Source: Lobosporangium transversale
Taxonomy: Eukaryota
Direction of reading: 5' to 3'
Assembly (NCBI RefSeq): GCF_002105155.1
Contig: NW_019029004.1
Coordinates: forward strand, 248,001 to 312,000
Length of the DNA stretch: 64,000 nucleotides
Shown: positions 11,761-27,693 of the stretch, in pieces
Layout: the number at the start of each line of letters is the position of its first letter
Position numbering within the stretch: the stretch's first letter is position 1
Notes under the pieces: generated by a model
Database searches by the model: none
The model's input: the letters and a program-made list of their open reading frames with translations, nothing else
What the model was told of the DNA's origin: nothing
Translations under genes and position numbers: made by a program

Positions 11761-14623
11761 ATGTTCTCCTCCGGAGCTATCTCTCGCACTTGGAAGGTAT
11801 ACTTGAGCACTTCTATTTTCTATTTTATATATATAAACGCTCGTTCAATTGAATCGATCTAGCTCAATCGATTGATATTCGTAGAAAGATCAATTGTCGT
11901 GTTTTATAACATTTGTCGTCAAACAAGCCTTCTAACATGTTACATCATTTTAAAAATGTCTTTTCTCGTGATTTGTAACGTTCTTTAGGCTGCTGCCATC
12001 AAGGCACCCCTCCGCACCTTCGCTCAGGCTGCTGCTGGCTCAGCCCGCAAGGTCCAGATGTCCAACTTTGAGAAGGACCAATACATCAACTACCAGCGCA
12101 TCGAAGATAACCTCGCTATTGTCAAAAAGAGGCAAGTATTTCACGCTATTTATGACTACATAAACATGTCATTCGGAAAAACAAAAAAGAGAATCAGGAC
12201 GATAAAAATCTAACACTAGTTCAATTCTTCTCTCAAAAATCCGGTCATGGCGTTCACTGCTCCATCCCCGCGTTATGAATCGGAATATTTATACTCAACA
12301 GATTGAACCACCCCTTGACTCTTGCAGAGAAGATCGTTTATGGTCACTTGGATGATGCCCACAACCAGGATATTGAGCGTGGAAAGTCTTACCTCAAGCT
12401 TCGTCCTGATCGTGTCGCTTGCCAGGATGCTACTGCTCAGGTATGTTGTAATCAGATCACAAAAGCAAATAGATTGTGACATATGATAGAGAATTCTTTG
12501 TCCGTATGAGAGCCCATTCATCGTAACAGCAATTACAGATCAACTAACAACATATTATTCTATTTTATGACTAACAATATTAGATGGCCTTGCTTCAATT
12601 TATGTCTGCCGGTCTTCCTAATGTCGCTGTTCCATCTACTGTTCACTGTGACCATTTGATTGAGGCTCAGGTCGGTGGTGCCAAGGATTTGTCTCGTGCC
12701 AAGGACATTAACAAGGAGGTTTATGACTTTTTGTCCTCCTCTTGCGCCAAGTATGGCCTTGGTTTCTGGAGACCTGGCTCCGGTATTATTCATCAAATCA
12801 TTCTCGAGAACTACGCCTTCCCTGGAGGTTTGATGATCGGAACTGATTCTCACACCCCCAACGCTGGAGGTCTTGGCATGGTTGCTATTGGTGTCGGTGG
12901 AGCTGATGCTGTCGATGTCATGGCTGATATTCCTTGGGAACTCAAGTGCCCCAAGGTCATTGGTGTCAAGCTTACTGGAAAGATGTCTGGTTGGACTTCC
13001 GCTAAGGATGTCATCTTGAAGGTCGCCGGTATCCTCACTGTCAAGGGTGGTACGGGCGCTATTGTCGAGTACTTTGGACCTGGTGTTGATTCATTGTCCT
13101 GCACTGGTATGGCCACCATCTGCAACATGGGTGCTGAAATCGGTGCTACCACCTCTCTCTTCCCCTACAACTCGCGCATGTCTGACTACCTCAAGGCTAC
13201 CACCCGCCCATACATTGCCGAGTGGGCTGACTCATTCCAGCACAACCTGAAGGCCGATGCCGGTGCCAGATATGATGAGGTCATCGAGATTGACCTCAAC
13301 ACCCTTGAGCCCCACATCAACGGTCCCTTCACCCCCGATCTTGCCACTCCCCTCAGCAAGTTCAAGGATGCTGTCAAGGCTAATGACTGGCCTGCCAAGC
13401 TTGAGGTTGGTTTGATTGGTTCCTGCACCAACTCTTCATACGAGGATATGTCTCGTTCTGCTTCTATTGCCAAGGAGGCTTTGGATCATGGATTGAAGGC
13501 CAAGTCTATCTTCACTATCACTCCTGGCTCTGAGCAGATTCGTGCCACTATTGAGCGCGATGGACAGATGGAGATCCTCAATGCCGCTGGTGGTGTTGTC
13601 CTCGCCAACGCTTGCGGTCCTTGCATTGGTCAGTGGGATCGTCAGGACGTCCCCAAGGGCACCAAGAACTCTATCATTACCTCCTACAACCGTAACTTCA
13701 CTGGACGTAACGATGCTAACCCTCAGACTCATGCCTTCGTCGCTTCGCCCGAGATTGTCACTGCCATGACCTTCGCTGGTGACTTGACTTTCAACCCCAC
13801 CACCGATACTCTTATTGGTGCTGATGGCAAGCCCTTCAAGTTCTCCGATCCCACTGGCAATGAGCTTCCTCCCCGCGGCTACGACCCCGGTGAGGAGACT
13901 TACCAGGCTCCTCCCAAGGAGAAGGGCGATGTTCAAGTTCAGGTTTCACCCACCTCCAACCGTCTCCAGCTTTTGGAGCCCTTCAAGAAGTGGGATGGCA
14001 AGGACATGGAGGACATGCCTATCTTGATCAAGGTCAAGGGCAAGTGCACCACTGATCACATTTCCATGGCCGGTCCCTGGCTCAAGTTCCGTGGTCACTT
14101 GGACAACATCTCCAACAACATGTTGATCGGTGCCCTCAACTCTGAAAACAACGCTGTCAACAGCGTCAAGAACATGTTCAATGGTAAATATGACACTGTT
14201 CCCGGTGTTGCTCGTGACTATAAGGCTAAGAACCAGCCTTGGATTGTCATTGGTGACGAGAACTATGGTGAGGGTTCCTCTCGCGAGCACGCTGCCTTGG
14301 AGGTCCGCCACCTTGGAGGTGCTGCTGTCATTACCAAGTCCTTTGCTCGTATTCACGAGACCAACTGCAAGAAGCAGGGTCTCCTGCCTTTGACCTTCGC
14401 CGACCCTGCTGATTATGACAAGATCGCTCCTTCCGACAAAGTTTCTATCCGCGGCTTGACCACCTTCAAGGAGGGTGTTCCTCTCACCTTGCACGTCAAG
14501 AAGCAGGATGGCTCCTCTTTGGATATCAAGCTCAACCATACCTTCAATGAGGATCAGATCAAATGGTTCAAGTACGGCTCCGCCTTGAACCAGATGGCTG
14601 CCAAGGCCAATGCCCGCGCATAA
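11761..14623 (+). CDS. ACO1: Mitochondrial aconitate hydratase; exons 11761-11796, 11989-12131, 12302-12440, 12584-14623
   Basis: [67 protein letters not shown]-terminal presequence-like segment; strong codon bias. Confidence 0.98.
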
Positions 14624-15134
14624 ATTAAGCGTACACGATAACGACAACACTGTTTTTCTTTTTTTTTTTTGCATTTTCTATTTGTTTCGTTGATTGTTCC
14701 TTTTTATTTTTCTTTTTGCCATCCTGTAATAATAAATAAATAAATAAAAAAAGGCATTTTATCTCCAATGTACTTGAATATCGCGCTAAATTATACACTG
14801 GACAACGCTCTGTGGTATGAAATCTTGCAAATATAGTGATCTGGAGTTGACTTTGAAACAGTGTTGCAAACATTTTGTCATCCATGAAGAAGACAAGATA
14901 TGCAGTTGCAAAACACATGAAGGATTGACTGGGTCATCCATTTAAAGATTTTTAACACGTTCAATTACGTATTTGAGCTGAACCGTTTTTCAGTACAGAA
15001 ATTGCACGTGAGTAACCCCTGCAACACGTTCCGCGTCAACCTTTTTTTTTTTTTTTATTTCCCTCTTTTTTTTTCATCTCACTTTCCATCACTCAAATTC
15101 TACTTTCCCTATCACTTTAAACTCAAATTATACA

Positions 15135-16517
<1,383 letters not shown>

Positions 16518-18414
16518 ACAGTAGCTCTTCCAGACATACTATCATTTTGAATATTTAAAAAAGCTAAAAAAAAAAAAAAAAAAAAAAAAGTCTCGCTTTG
16601 TTTTTGATCAAAATATGGTGTAGAAGAGGGGGTGGTGGAGCTGCAAAATGTTTTTCTACAAGCATTAAATATTGTATGTATTCTTAACAAAGCACCAAAA
16701 CCAATATGATCCTCGAAGCAAGCTTGTTTTATTTAGTTTCGCTATCCATGTGTCATGTGCCATCATTATGAAAAAGTCTATTTTTTTTTTTGCTTACATC
16801 TAAAGAGTGTAACATGTTAAAAAAAAAAAATTCCCCGTGGGCATCTTTCCTTAGTTGTGTAGACCCATGGATGGCACGAGCAATTATACCCCTTACTGTA
16901 TTGAATCAAAAGAGATCGTCCATCATGGTTTAGAACTTTACCATTGTGTTTTATATATATACTATATCTTTATATGTATATATATATTTATGTATTTCTA
17001 TAAGGCCAAAAAAAAAAAAAAAAAAAAATAAGCTTTGGTTATCCCATCTGAGACAAAGGACCAAGTTCATAGTCCTAGGCAGAGGACTAGCTCGCGTTTA
17101 TAAGGAGGGGAAAGGCAAGGCACAAGAAAGACGTCTGTTTTTTTTTTTAAAAAAAAAAAACGATGCTAGTTGGCGATGAATAGAGCAAGGTTAGAGTAAC
17201 ACAGAGGGATTCATGTTATGACGGAGAAATGATAAATGTATACATATATTATACATTCAACAGGTGGAAAGAGATCTCTATCACTGTCAATATCAATATC
17301 CGCAGGACTGTATACGGTACATGTATGGTGCATGTACGTGTATCATATTTATATGACCCATGAATGGATTGGGTTTCGTGGGGCCCCGTCTGGCATGGCA
17401 CCGTAGACTAAAAAATCATATAATCTCAGCAAGTTTAGCTTGCATGTTAACTTATTGGCGAGTTTTACGGTTTGAAAGGATTGATTCTTACTGGGGAGAA
17501 ATTACAGCGTAAGCTTTATGCGACCAAAAAAAAGAGGAAGAGAAAGAGGAAGAGGAAAAAAAAAAAAAAGTATTCTTATTGTCCTTTATTCTTTTGAGAT
17601 TGATCAAGAGTTCATAAATGGGGCCAGAGAGAGATGACGTTCATGGTGAAAGCGATTATATAATTAAGAAATTTCTGAGAGCCTTCAGTTTGAGAATGTT
17701 CCTAAATGAATCAAAGCAATGGTGAATATCGTGGCTTCTTTTTTTTTTTTTTTTTACATTAAATGTTATCGTAAATAAATGCTCGCGTGCTTAATCAGCG
17801 AAATCATAAAAGATATCTAAAGAAGTTTAGAAAGAAGGAGGAGGAGAAGACTGAAAGAACAAAGGAACTGATTCACATGGACAAGAGAAAGAAAAAAAGA
17901 GAGAGAATGTCACCATTACTTCTAGAAGGATTTTTTTTTTTTTGGGCTTGCTAGGGTCAATCTCTTAAAGTCTAAGTAAGGTTTTTTTGTTCCGAGTTCT
18001 GTTAAACTGATCTCGATGGGAAAAAAAAAAAAAAAAAAAATCTCACGCATAAAAAAAAAAAAAAAGCGTATATTTTATAAGCATAAAAAAGATTATCTCT
18101 TGCCTTGCATGTAAAAAAAAAAAAAAAAAAAAAAGTCTACAGTAGTTCAGTTACACAAAGCAGCCTTCGTTTTTTTTGTGTTTATCCCTCATCTCTTTTT
18201 TTTTTCTCCTTCCTTTTTTTTCTTCTTCTTTCTTTTTCTTCTTGTTTCCATGGGACCATGGGAGAGGAATAGTAAAGTATTGAAAGAAAAGAAAAGAAAA
18301 GAAGGAAAGGTGATTGAGCGTACAATTGTTTGCGAATGTGAAAATGGCGAATGTATGTTGTCATAACGCATTTATCCTATGGCACTTCTGGACCCAAGGG
18401 GACGTTCCACCTTT

Positions 18415-18447
<33 letters not shown>

Positions 18448-19302
18448 CTTCCAAAAGGTGTTGTTGCTGAATTGGTATATCGGATAAAAGGGCAAGTTTG
18501 TAGCTGCATGGCCTCGCCCTAATGTTTTTTGCATATGCACCTTTTCTTTTTTTTTTTTTACATTTCAACATGCATGCACCTGGACCCGAATCGGTCTTCA
18601 TGGCCCATGATGTCACCTTACTCTTTACATTATATGTGATTGTATTGATCCATTTATATAAAAAAAATAAATGTCCTTACTTTTTTTTTTTTTTTTTTTT
18701 TTCCTTTCCTAAATGGTTCACGTATAGTTCATATATAAAAATGAAGGAAAGAAAAAAGAATCGAGGCTGGAGACAGTATAAGCAGTATAGATGTTGTAGT
18801 GAAGAATAGGGTGCCCAATGAATATTCTCGTTTACGGTTTAGAGGCAAAATGATGTCGATCAACTCGTTCCATTTATGTGCCCGTACATCACTTGTATAC
18901 ATGTTGTATTTATACGTGGTGAAAAGAAGATGAAAGCATAAAGCATAAACCATATGAAGAATAAAAGTGAGACAATTGATTAGATTATGATATTTATATT
19001 TATATTAATATATACAATATTATATTGTATAATATATATATATCTATATAATATAATATAATATATAGATTATAGATTTATAGACACACATCCTTTTAGT
19101 ACGAGATGCTGACAAGTGCCTGCAGAGTGCAAATACACTCACGGAGGTATGGAAGTAGCACAGAAGGAAAAAGTCCCGTCATTTGCCCCACACCAACAAT
19201 CACACAATCCATGCAAATAAATATATAAAAAGTATTCATTTGTTGATTGCATTCAATTATTCAATTACATGGGTCAATCTTGAACTCCTTTCTTTTTCTT
19301 TT

Positions 19303-19335
<33 letters not shown>

Positions 19336-20472
19336 CTTTTTTGGGTGACAAGATGCTTTCAGTCTATCAAGCTCTAGCGACGCTTTTACAGAAAGCTTGT
19401 GTAACTTTTTTTTTTTTTTTTATTTATTTACTTATTTACTTATTTACTTATTTATTTATTCCTTTCTCCTTTCTTTTTCTTTTTCTTCTCTTTTCCTCTT
19501 CTTGTCTTTGACAGAATCTTTTTCCCTTATTGACAATCATTCAGACCCATTCTCTTACACTTGTCAATTAGTCAATCAAACTTTGTCAACAATCGCACAA
19601 ACACTAAAGACACTAAACAATAGAGCCGCAAACACGATCCAACACCTCTTTTTTTATTTTTCTTTGGCATTGATGTGCCCTTGTATTCCTATATTCTCTG
19701 TGCTTTGAACCCGCCTCATCGTACAAGCCTCTCTTTTCTCTTCTCGTCCTTCTTTATCTCTACGCCGCTTTCACACTTCAATAACTGAATCATCTATCCT
19801 TCCTATTCTAGCCCTTTTTTTCTTTTCTTTTTTTTTTTATTCCTTCACCTTCCTTTTCCTCCTTCCCTTCTCTCTTTCTTTCTCTTTTTCTTTCTTTTTT
19901 AAAATCTTTTTTCAAGGAAAAAAAGAAAGAAAAGCATAGAAATAAAAAAAAAAAGAAAAGAAAAGAGAAATGACCCGAGCAGATAATCTCTGGCATCAAC
20001 AGCTGGCGCTTGGCCCCAGCTTTATCAACACATTAAGTCCAAGTCAGTATGTTCGCAATGGTAAGATAGAATGAATCATCAGCCTTACATAACAACAACA
20101 GTAACAAAAAAACCATGTTCTTTCCTCTCCCTTTCCAATATTCGCCCTCTCTCCACTGTTCATCCAGATCACTCCGATCTGGCGATTCGACCCCACTTTT
20201 TGGAACCAATGTCTTTTTTTTTTTTTTTTTTTTTCTCTTTTTTAAAAAAAAAAAAAAAAAAAAAAAAGAAATTTCTTCTCTCTCTTCTCTACAAGTCTTC
20301 TTTTCCTTCATTCCTCATCCCTATCTTGTCTATCCAATGTCTTTACTCTCCTCTCCACCTTCTTACACAGGCGTATGTATGTCTACATCTTTTTTTTCTT
20401 TTTTTTTTTTTTTTTTTTTTTTCCTGTTTTGTTACCCCGTATTTGATTTTATTTTTGGGTGTTCCTGAATCG

Positions 20473-20503
<31 letters not shown>

Positions 20504-20957
20504 TTTCCGTAAATCTAATAGTCGTGTAGTACAGAAAAGTACTATGGAAACTGAGCTAGACCAGGGTGGTGCATGTACATTGGGGTAGTTACACTGTGAA
20601 GAGAAAGGGTGATAAACAGAAAGAAAGAGGCATTAATCAGGAGTTAAAAGGAAAGAAAGGAAGAAAGGGGAGATCTTCATCTTTGGGTTTGCAACATGCA
20701 AGTACATGTATGTATGCAGAATTTTTTTTTTTTTTTTGTATTCAATCACAAGAACATTGTTATATGCTATACCACGTTTTTTTTTTTTTTTTTTTTTTTT
20801 TTATACTTTTGAAAAGCGATCTACAATCCTGCAATTCAGGGGAGAAAGAAAATATAGTATTGGATCTTCAGAGTTTATTCGTTTATTTCCTCAATTTGAG
20901 ATCTATTGAACATCGCTCCTTTGAGATATGTAGAATAAACGGGAGGATAAACCAGGG

Positions 20958-21011
<54 letters not shown>

Positions 21012-21104
21012 GAAAAAGTGTTCAAATAGAGATGATGGGAGGAAAAAAAAAAGGGTTAGCGTCAAGGAATTGTATTTATGTTTGTTATTATATGCTCCAA
21101 GTAC

Positions 21105-21167
21105 TTGCATAGTTGCATAGTTGCATAGTTGCAAACTTGCATAGTTGCAAACTTGCATAGTTGCATA
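21105..21167. repeat. 8-bp tandem repeat (TTGCATAG/TTGCAAAC), about 8 units
   Basis: Read directly from the sequence. Confidence 0.9.
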
Positions 21168-21642
21168 TAAAGTTCCCCTCTCTCTCTCTCTGACGCCTTT
21201 TTTTTTTTTTTTTTTTCCCTCTGTCTTTCTATGGCTCACAAACATCTCTATCCTTGTTTTTTTTCCACAAAACACGCTAAATATGTTCGCGTTATTTTGA
21301 TCAGAGAGGGCACTAAAATGCTCCTTTTTCATTTTTTATACCGTATCTATGAAAATGAAAATGAAAAAGAGGAAGGTGAAAATGAAAAAATGTTGGATAT
21401 AGCATATCGGAAAATGAGAGCCGAAGCTAGGACGTTAATAGAACAAGAGTGAAAGATGATGTGGATGCAACCGAGCAAGGAAACATTTGTTATTTTATCT
21501 TATTTTATTCCCTACCTTGTGGCTCTCTTTTGTTCATGGATGGGGAGGCTGTTTGTTTCACACACTATCAAAAGGTTTTTTTAGAGGCGAATTTTATCTA
21601 TTCTTTATTATTTGAATTTGATCCGCATTCTCTGTACTAGTC

Positions 21643-21679
<37 letters not shown>

Positions 21680-22356
21680 AGGAGGTGAAAACAATATGGG
21701 GGTTGCAATGCATTAAAATGTCATGTTGTTTACACAGTACTATACATATTATGGATTTCGAATATGGCGCGAAAAAATAATAATAATAATAATAATAAGT
21801 CGGGTTAAAAGAGAGAAGGAGTAAAAAAGGGTTAAAGAGATGGCCTCTGACTGTTCGTCTCGTCACTCTGACTCTTTTTTTTCTTTCTCTCCGACATTTG
21901 TTATTTCATTGATAAAGAAAAAAAGAAAAAAGAGTGGAGTTGTAAAAAAAAAAAAAAAAAAAAGTTGATTTGTTTTGTCTTTCGTAACATCTGTTTGTGT
22001 GTTTGTGTGTGGATGTGTGATTATAATATCATCTGTTTTATAGTAATAATAATAATAATGATAATAATAATAATAACATAATAGTAACAACCAATGTTAT
22101 AATTATTATTGTTGTTATTATTATTAATATGATATATACGTATGGTTGTAAATAATTAGCATACACATTAGTGTAAACTTGGATATATATATATATAATT
22201 ACATTGTTATCTGACAGCATGCCCAAAAATATGACCTCGATTGCTCACTTGCGTCTAACTGAGGGAAGAGGAAAAGCGGGGGGAATACAGTAAACAGTTG
22301 AGCAACAGAGCAAAGAAAAAGAGTTGTTTGTAGCACACGTTGTACAGCACTTGAAC

Positions 22357-22387
<31 letters not shown>

Positions 22388-22423
22388 CTTAAACATGTCC
22401 CACGCACTCTCTCTCTCTCTTTT

Positions 22424-22460
<37 letters not shown>

Positions 22461-22758
22461 CTTTTTAATCTCTTGCCTTATACATACACTAATCTCACAT
22501 TGGCTCCAACTTGGTTCCTCTTCTTTGACTCATTCCTTCTTTCACTCACCCACTCACTCTCTCACTCTCTCACTCTCTCACTCTCTCACTCATGTCTTCA
22601 TTCTTACTGACTTGATTTCTTTTTTTTTTTTTTTTTTTCTTTCTACATTATTTTCTTCATTCCCTTGTCCTTCAACTGACATCCATTCACATTCCCAACC
22701 GTCGCACCTTCTCGCCCTATTCCATCAACACTCCTCTGCTTAAACCTATACTCGTCCA

Positions 22759-25172
22759 ATGCTCCTTTCACCCGTAGACGACCCCTTTCCTAAGCAGCCG
22801 ATCCCTTCCTCAGTCACCTACTCTCGCTTCAGGGCAGTGCTCTTCAACGATCTTTTGGACAATAACCCCGTCAACAGGGCTCGAGCACTTGACAACATCG
22901 TTCAGGTCGTCCTCCAATGGGCTCACATCGTCACCGACAACAATGCCCTGACTGATCTTCTCCGTCCTGGATCCTTCTCAGCCGGGAGCGGCATCCATGA
23001 TAATCTGACCCCGCCCTTTAGCCCCGCAGGTGCAGGCGGTGCCACTTCAATCAAAGGAACACTCTTCCCCGGTAATGCCAACGTATCTGAATTTGAACAG
23101 CAACAGTATCAGCACCTCCATAACACCCTCCCCAACATCATGGATAAGCTCACCATCTCCACCCATCCACACCAACGTAATCCTGTTGAGGACACTGTTG
23201 TGTCGCCACAAACCCGAACAAGAAAGAACTCGTCCATGTCCATGGTCTCATCCTCATCCATCGCTAGTTCACCTGATCATTCAACTTCTTCCTCCGCCTC
23301 AAACGCTGATCTTGTCGGAATCCATCCAACAAACCCCTTTTCATCCTCTCCCCTGAACTCATCCTACCACTTCCAAAATGATCCAGATGTCCACTTCAAC
23401 CGTCCAATGCCGGATAAGCTCTCGCCTTTGGAAGAACGAGTGGCAGAGGTTGATGAGGCCGCTAGACTTTTGCGCCATCACATCTTGACCATTCTCCGGT
23501 TTTCAGTCTGTTGTCCATACAAGGATGTCAAGATCTGTCTTGTTGGTCTCTTGAACGAGCTTGAGGTATTTATTATTATTATACAGCATTTGATGAAACG
23601 AAAACAAAAGCAAAAGCCAAAAAAAAAAAAAAAAAGCACGCAGAGAACGGACCTTTTTATTTTTATTATTATTATTATTATTTTGTTCATTTATTGCTGT
23701 GTCTGTCGTTTATTTTTATGGTTCATTTGCTCATTCGTGCAAAACGTTCTCTTGCTTACGACAGGCCCTCAACATTCCAATCCCTAAACCAATCCACCCT
23801 TCAGCATCGTTTTTTATCGATCCAAAGGATATTTACATGCTTGACAGTCCAGAAAACTCGAGATGCACCTCCCCAACACTCTCACCAAAAGATCGGTCCT
23901 CTTCCTCCTCCTCACTTTCAACATTGCCCGTGACCCCGGCATGTCTTCCACCATCACTAGGTTGTATCCCTGATGAGGCAACCAAGCAAATCATGACCCA
24001 AACCTTTCTCAACTATGGTCGAACCAGCAACCTTTTCCGCATCTTGGCCTTCTTCCCTTCGTTCTGGGAAAAATTTGAGAGCTCTCAAAACTGCATGATG
24101 AACGGACCAGGGCCTATTCCAAAGCCATGGCGGTGCTATGTCGCAATTATGGTAAGCCAGCCAAAATGGTCTTCCATCTCACGTTACATTGATCTGGGAT
24201 AAAAGTGGATTAAATAGGGTGATAACCCGAGCAATATGGGATAGACATGACACCATTATGATATCGAATTGCAGAGCATGACGAACTAACCGTCCACGCG
24301 ATTCCATGTTCCGTTGCAACCTTTTTTTTTTTTTTTTTTTTTTTTTTTTCCCACTTTAGGCGGCATCTCAATATAATTGCCAGTACATGGTCTCAATGAT
24401 GAAGTTGGATTACTTGAGCAGCGGTGGAGACCCTACATGGCTTAATGGTCTCCAATTCACGACTCAAAAGATCAGAAATCTAGCTAAACTGAATGGGTTG
24501 ATGGCTCATCAACCTTGGTTACTTAAACCTAGGCACATTCAAGAGCTGGTCTGTCGTGAGTCGAACCATAACCCACACAATGTCTGGACCATCAGTGAGC
24601 TGGCTCAGGTGATGGTCATTCTCTCGACAGTCCACAGCATAAGTATGTTTGTTGCTGCCTGCGGAATTGTTCCAGAGATTGATATGGTAGGTGGTACCAT
24701 TGTGGATCTCTCAAATGTCCGAGCAAGAAGGAGCCAGGACGAAAGTATGAGTCCCCTGGCAATGCTTCCTTCTCCTCGATCAGACTCAGATTCAGCTGCA
24801 AAGTCCCCTAGTGGCGAGACTATAACCTCCACAGAGCAGACCCAGGATCACGCTACAGGAGACGATATAACGTCAAACTATTTCCACATCACTTTGCCCC
24901 CAGCCCCTGCTAGCAAGAAGACTTATGACGAGGCTACATCCAAGATGCATACTGCAGAGTTGATCAAACGACTGATGATGGAGCGTGATTCAGACTGTAT
25001 TGATGAGGATGTGGAGACTGAGGCGGACGAAATTCAGGATCTAACTGGTCAGAAACTCCCCCCAGGCTTTGAGGAGATTGAGGACAGTAAGTTGCATATT
25101 AGATTAAGCTTTCAAATTATGGCACCGTCTTTGCCTTCCGTCGGCTCACATTTATTTTTGAAATGGCTATTT

Positions 25173-25205
<33 letters not shown>

Positions 25206-25973
25206 GCCTTCCCGGCACCTGAGCCAAAGATCATTTCACCATCTATTTCTACCCCGCTCGCAGAGACAATGTCTAGCCAGGAACAGCCTGAAAAAAAGTT
25301 CCGACCTGTTCAAGAAGATATGAGCCGTTTCTTGGATATGGGATGTCAAATTGAGCCAGCCTTGTTCGACTGCAGGTCCAGCCGATATAAGGTTTATAGG
25401 GTGGATCAATTTAGATGGGAAGACGACGCTTCAGCTTTACTCTCGAAATACCTTCCAGAGCTCAGCGAGACTCTGGAGGATGAGTATGCGGAGACGATGA
25501 ACTTTACAGACCTGAGCTTCTTTGACGAGAATGCAGACAAATACGAGGGTGGTGTCGACACATATATGTTCCGAGAGGCAATTTGGTTCTACACCCTTCG
25601 CTTGTGTGGTCTGCTGAATCCGGAGTACAACTATCGCAACCTATCCAGGTTCTTGAACACGACTCTGGCGGCCTATATCCGTAAAGCCTGCCATGGTATC
25701 ACCATGGTTGAAACTCAGGTCTCTGTGGATGGATCGGATTGTCCCCAGACAACGCAATCTTATCTGTCAGACATCAACAAGATTGATAAGAACGATTTCG
25801 ATAACATGGGTTTTGAACTACGACCTGAGGAGCGTTGCCACATCAACATTATTGTTATGGAGGCTTGCAAGCAAGCTAAGCTCATGTATGCGTTGCGAGC
25901 TCTTGACCGATACGAGCGCAGAGACGAGAATGATGACGAGGAAGAGGACGAAGGAGCCGACGAACGATTCTAA
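22759..25973 (+). CDS. Sestrin (PA26 family); exons 22759-23565, 23765-24151, 24360-25086, 25207-25973
   Basis: GPIPKPWRCYVAIMAASQYNCQY, GGDPTWLNGL, LAKLNGLMAHQPWLL, WTISELAQ, VDTYMFREAIW and EERCHINIIVMEACKQAKLMYALRAL match sestrin blocks. Confidence 0.93.
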
Positions 25974-26518
25974 TGCCATCGCAATGCCTATCTTTCCCAT
26001 TTTATTTTTCTTTGTCTTTTGTATTCTTTGATATTGCCATTATTTTTTCTTTGTTTCTTTTCTTTTTTCTTTTTTCTTTTTTCTTTTTTCTTTTTTTGTA
26101 ATCATGAAAGGCAAAAAAAGCCATTTACGAAAAGCATACATTTGTTGCGTCTTTATGTCACCCCACTCCTTTCTCAAGAGTTTATTGTTCCTTTTTTTCT
26201 TTTTTTGCTTTACATGTTCTGCATATGTTACTTTTTTTTTTTTTTTTTTTTTTTTTGCACATCACGCGTTTTACATAGCCCTCTTTGCTTATACCTCAAC
26301 ACGTATCGTTCATGCCAGTCATTTTTCCTCGTTCCCTTTGAACCGCCATTTGCTTTTATATTATATTTTTATCGAGTTGTTTAATAGTAGTCGATAGTCT
26401 AGTTAGTAATCATATCTTGTCTTTCCTTTCCTTCTATACCCTTTTGTCGAAAAAGTCATTAGTACAAATCTCATAAAATTAGATAAAAAGAGAAACTCAA
26501 TTGATGCTACTTGAATTG

Positions 26519-26553
<35 letters not shown>

Positions 26554-27693
26554 CCCTTGTCAAGATATGAGCATTCATTGACCTGTACAGAATTCGAATC
26601 GTAGAGCGCGAATATCGCTAAAGGAAGCATTTGAATACATTGATGGCAATGAAAGGGGAATCATCAGTATGATCACCGTTTCGGATGAAATTTCATAAAA
26701 AAGATGACAAAAAAAAAAAGAATCATGGATACACAACTTTGCCAATAAGAAATGACCATCTAAAATTACCAGGATGCGCAGATGGCACCGCCCTCTCCTC
26801 CTATCCTAAAAATGCCAGAATTAGCATTTCGTATGACTGATGGACATCATGTATTCCACAACAGGGCGTTGGTGCAATATCGTGACATTGGTTGATGAAA
26901 AGGATAGAAAAAAAAACTTCCTCGGAACATAGAAGATGCTAATGCCACAATACGATGCTTCTGCTTTTTGTCATGGTCATAGCCTACAGCAATACTTAAA
27001 TAGTTTGAACATGACGTTCATAGTCCAAAGAAGTATCAATAGAATACTTTGGTTGCGAGAAGTAACAGTAATCAACTCGGTCATAGCCATGGCAGAATGA
27101 GGGATAAGGATAACAATGCCCACGGATACATGGGCAAAAAAAAAAAAAAAAAAAAAAAAGGAGGTCTAGAAAATGTCGTGACAGTTTGCATCGCCACTTC
27201 GTGTCTTTAATTTTTTTTTTTTTTAGAACGGGGAGGGCTGAGGTTGGAAGCATGCGATCTTTGTCCCAACCAAATTCTCTCGACATCGCAGTCGTATTAC
27301 ACTGATGAATATAAACAACTGCTGTGTTTCCAAGAGCCTTTTTTTTCCTTTCGCCTTGGCAAGCACATGAAGAAGTAGACCTTTCCTCTTCTACTTTTTT
27401 CGCCTCCTTTTCAACTCCTTCTCTCTCTCTCCTCTCCCTTTTATGTGTCTTGTCCTATCCTGTTTATTAAAATTGTCTTGTTCAGCTCAACACAAAGAAT
27501 TCAGCACTTGTGTTGTTGCATGACTCTTTCCTCATCCCATCTCCTAAGCACATCGTTTTACGAACATCAGCTCATTCAACTCACCTTTCTCACACACGCA
27601 CGCACACATACAGAAAAAATCATATTGAGCCAAGAGGCAAACTATCCTTACTAATCACCACTATCACGCTAAATTACCAGTAACACCAGCATC

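Noticed and set aside
12850..14674. Antisense ORFs over aconitase (also over SIS1 and the LINE)
   Set aside because: Shadow frames produced by codon bias of the real gene; no recognisable motifs.
16700..22750. Many short Phe/Lys-rich ORFs
   Set aside because: Translations of poly(T)/poly(A) tracts in intergenic DNA.
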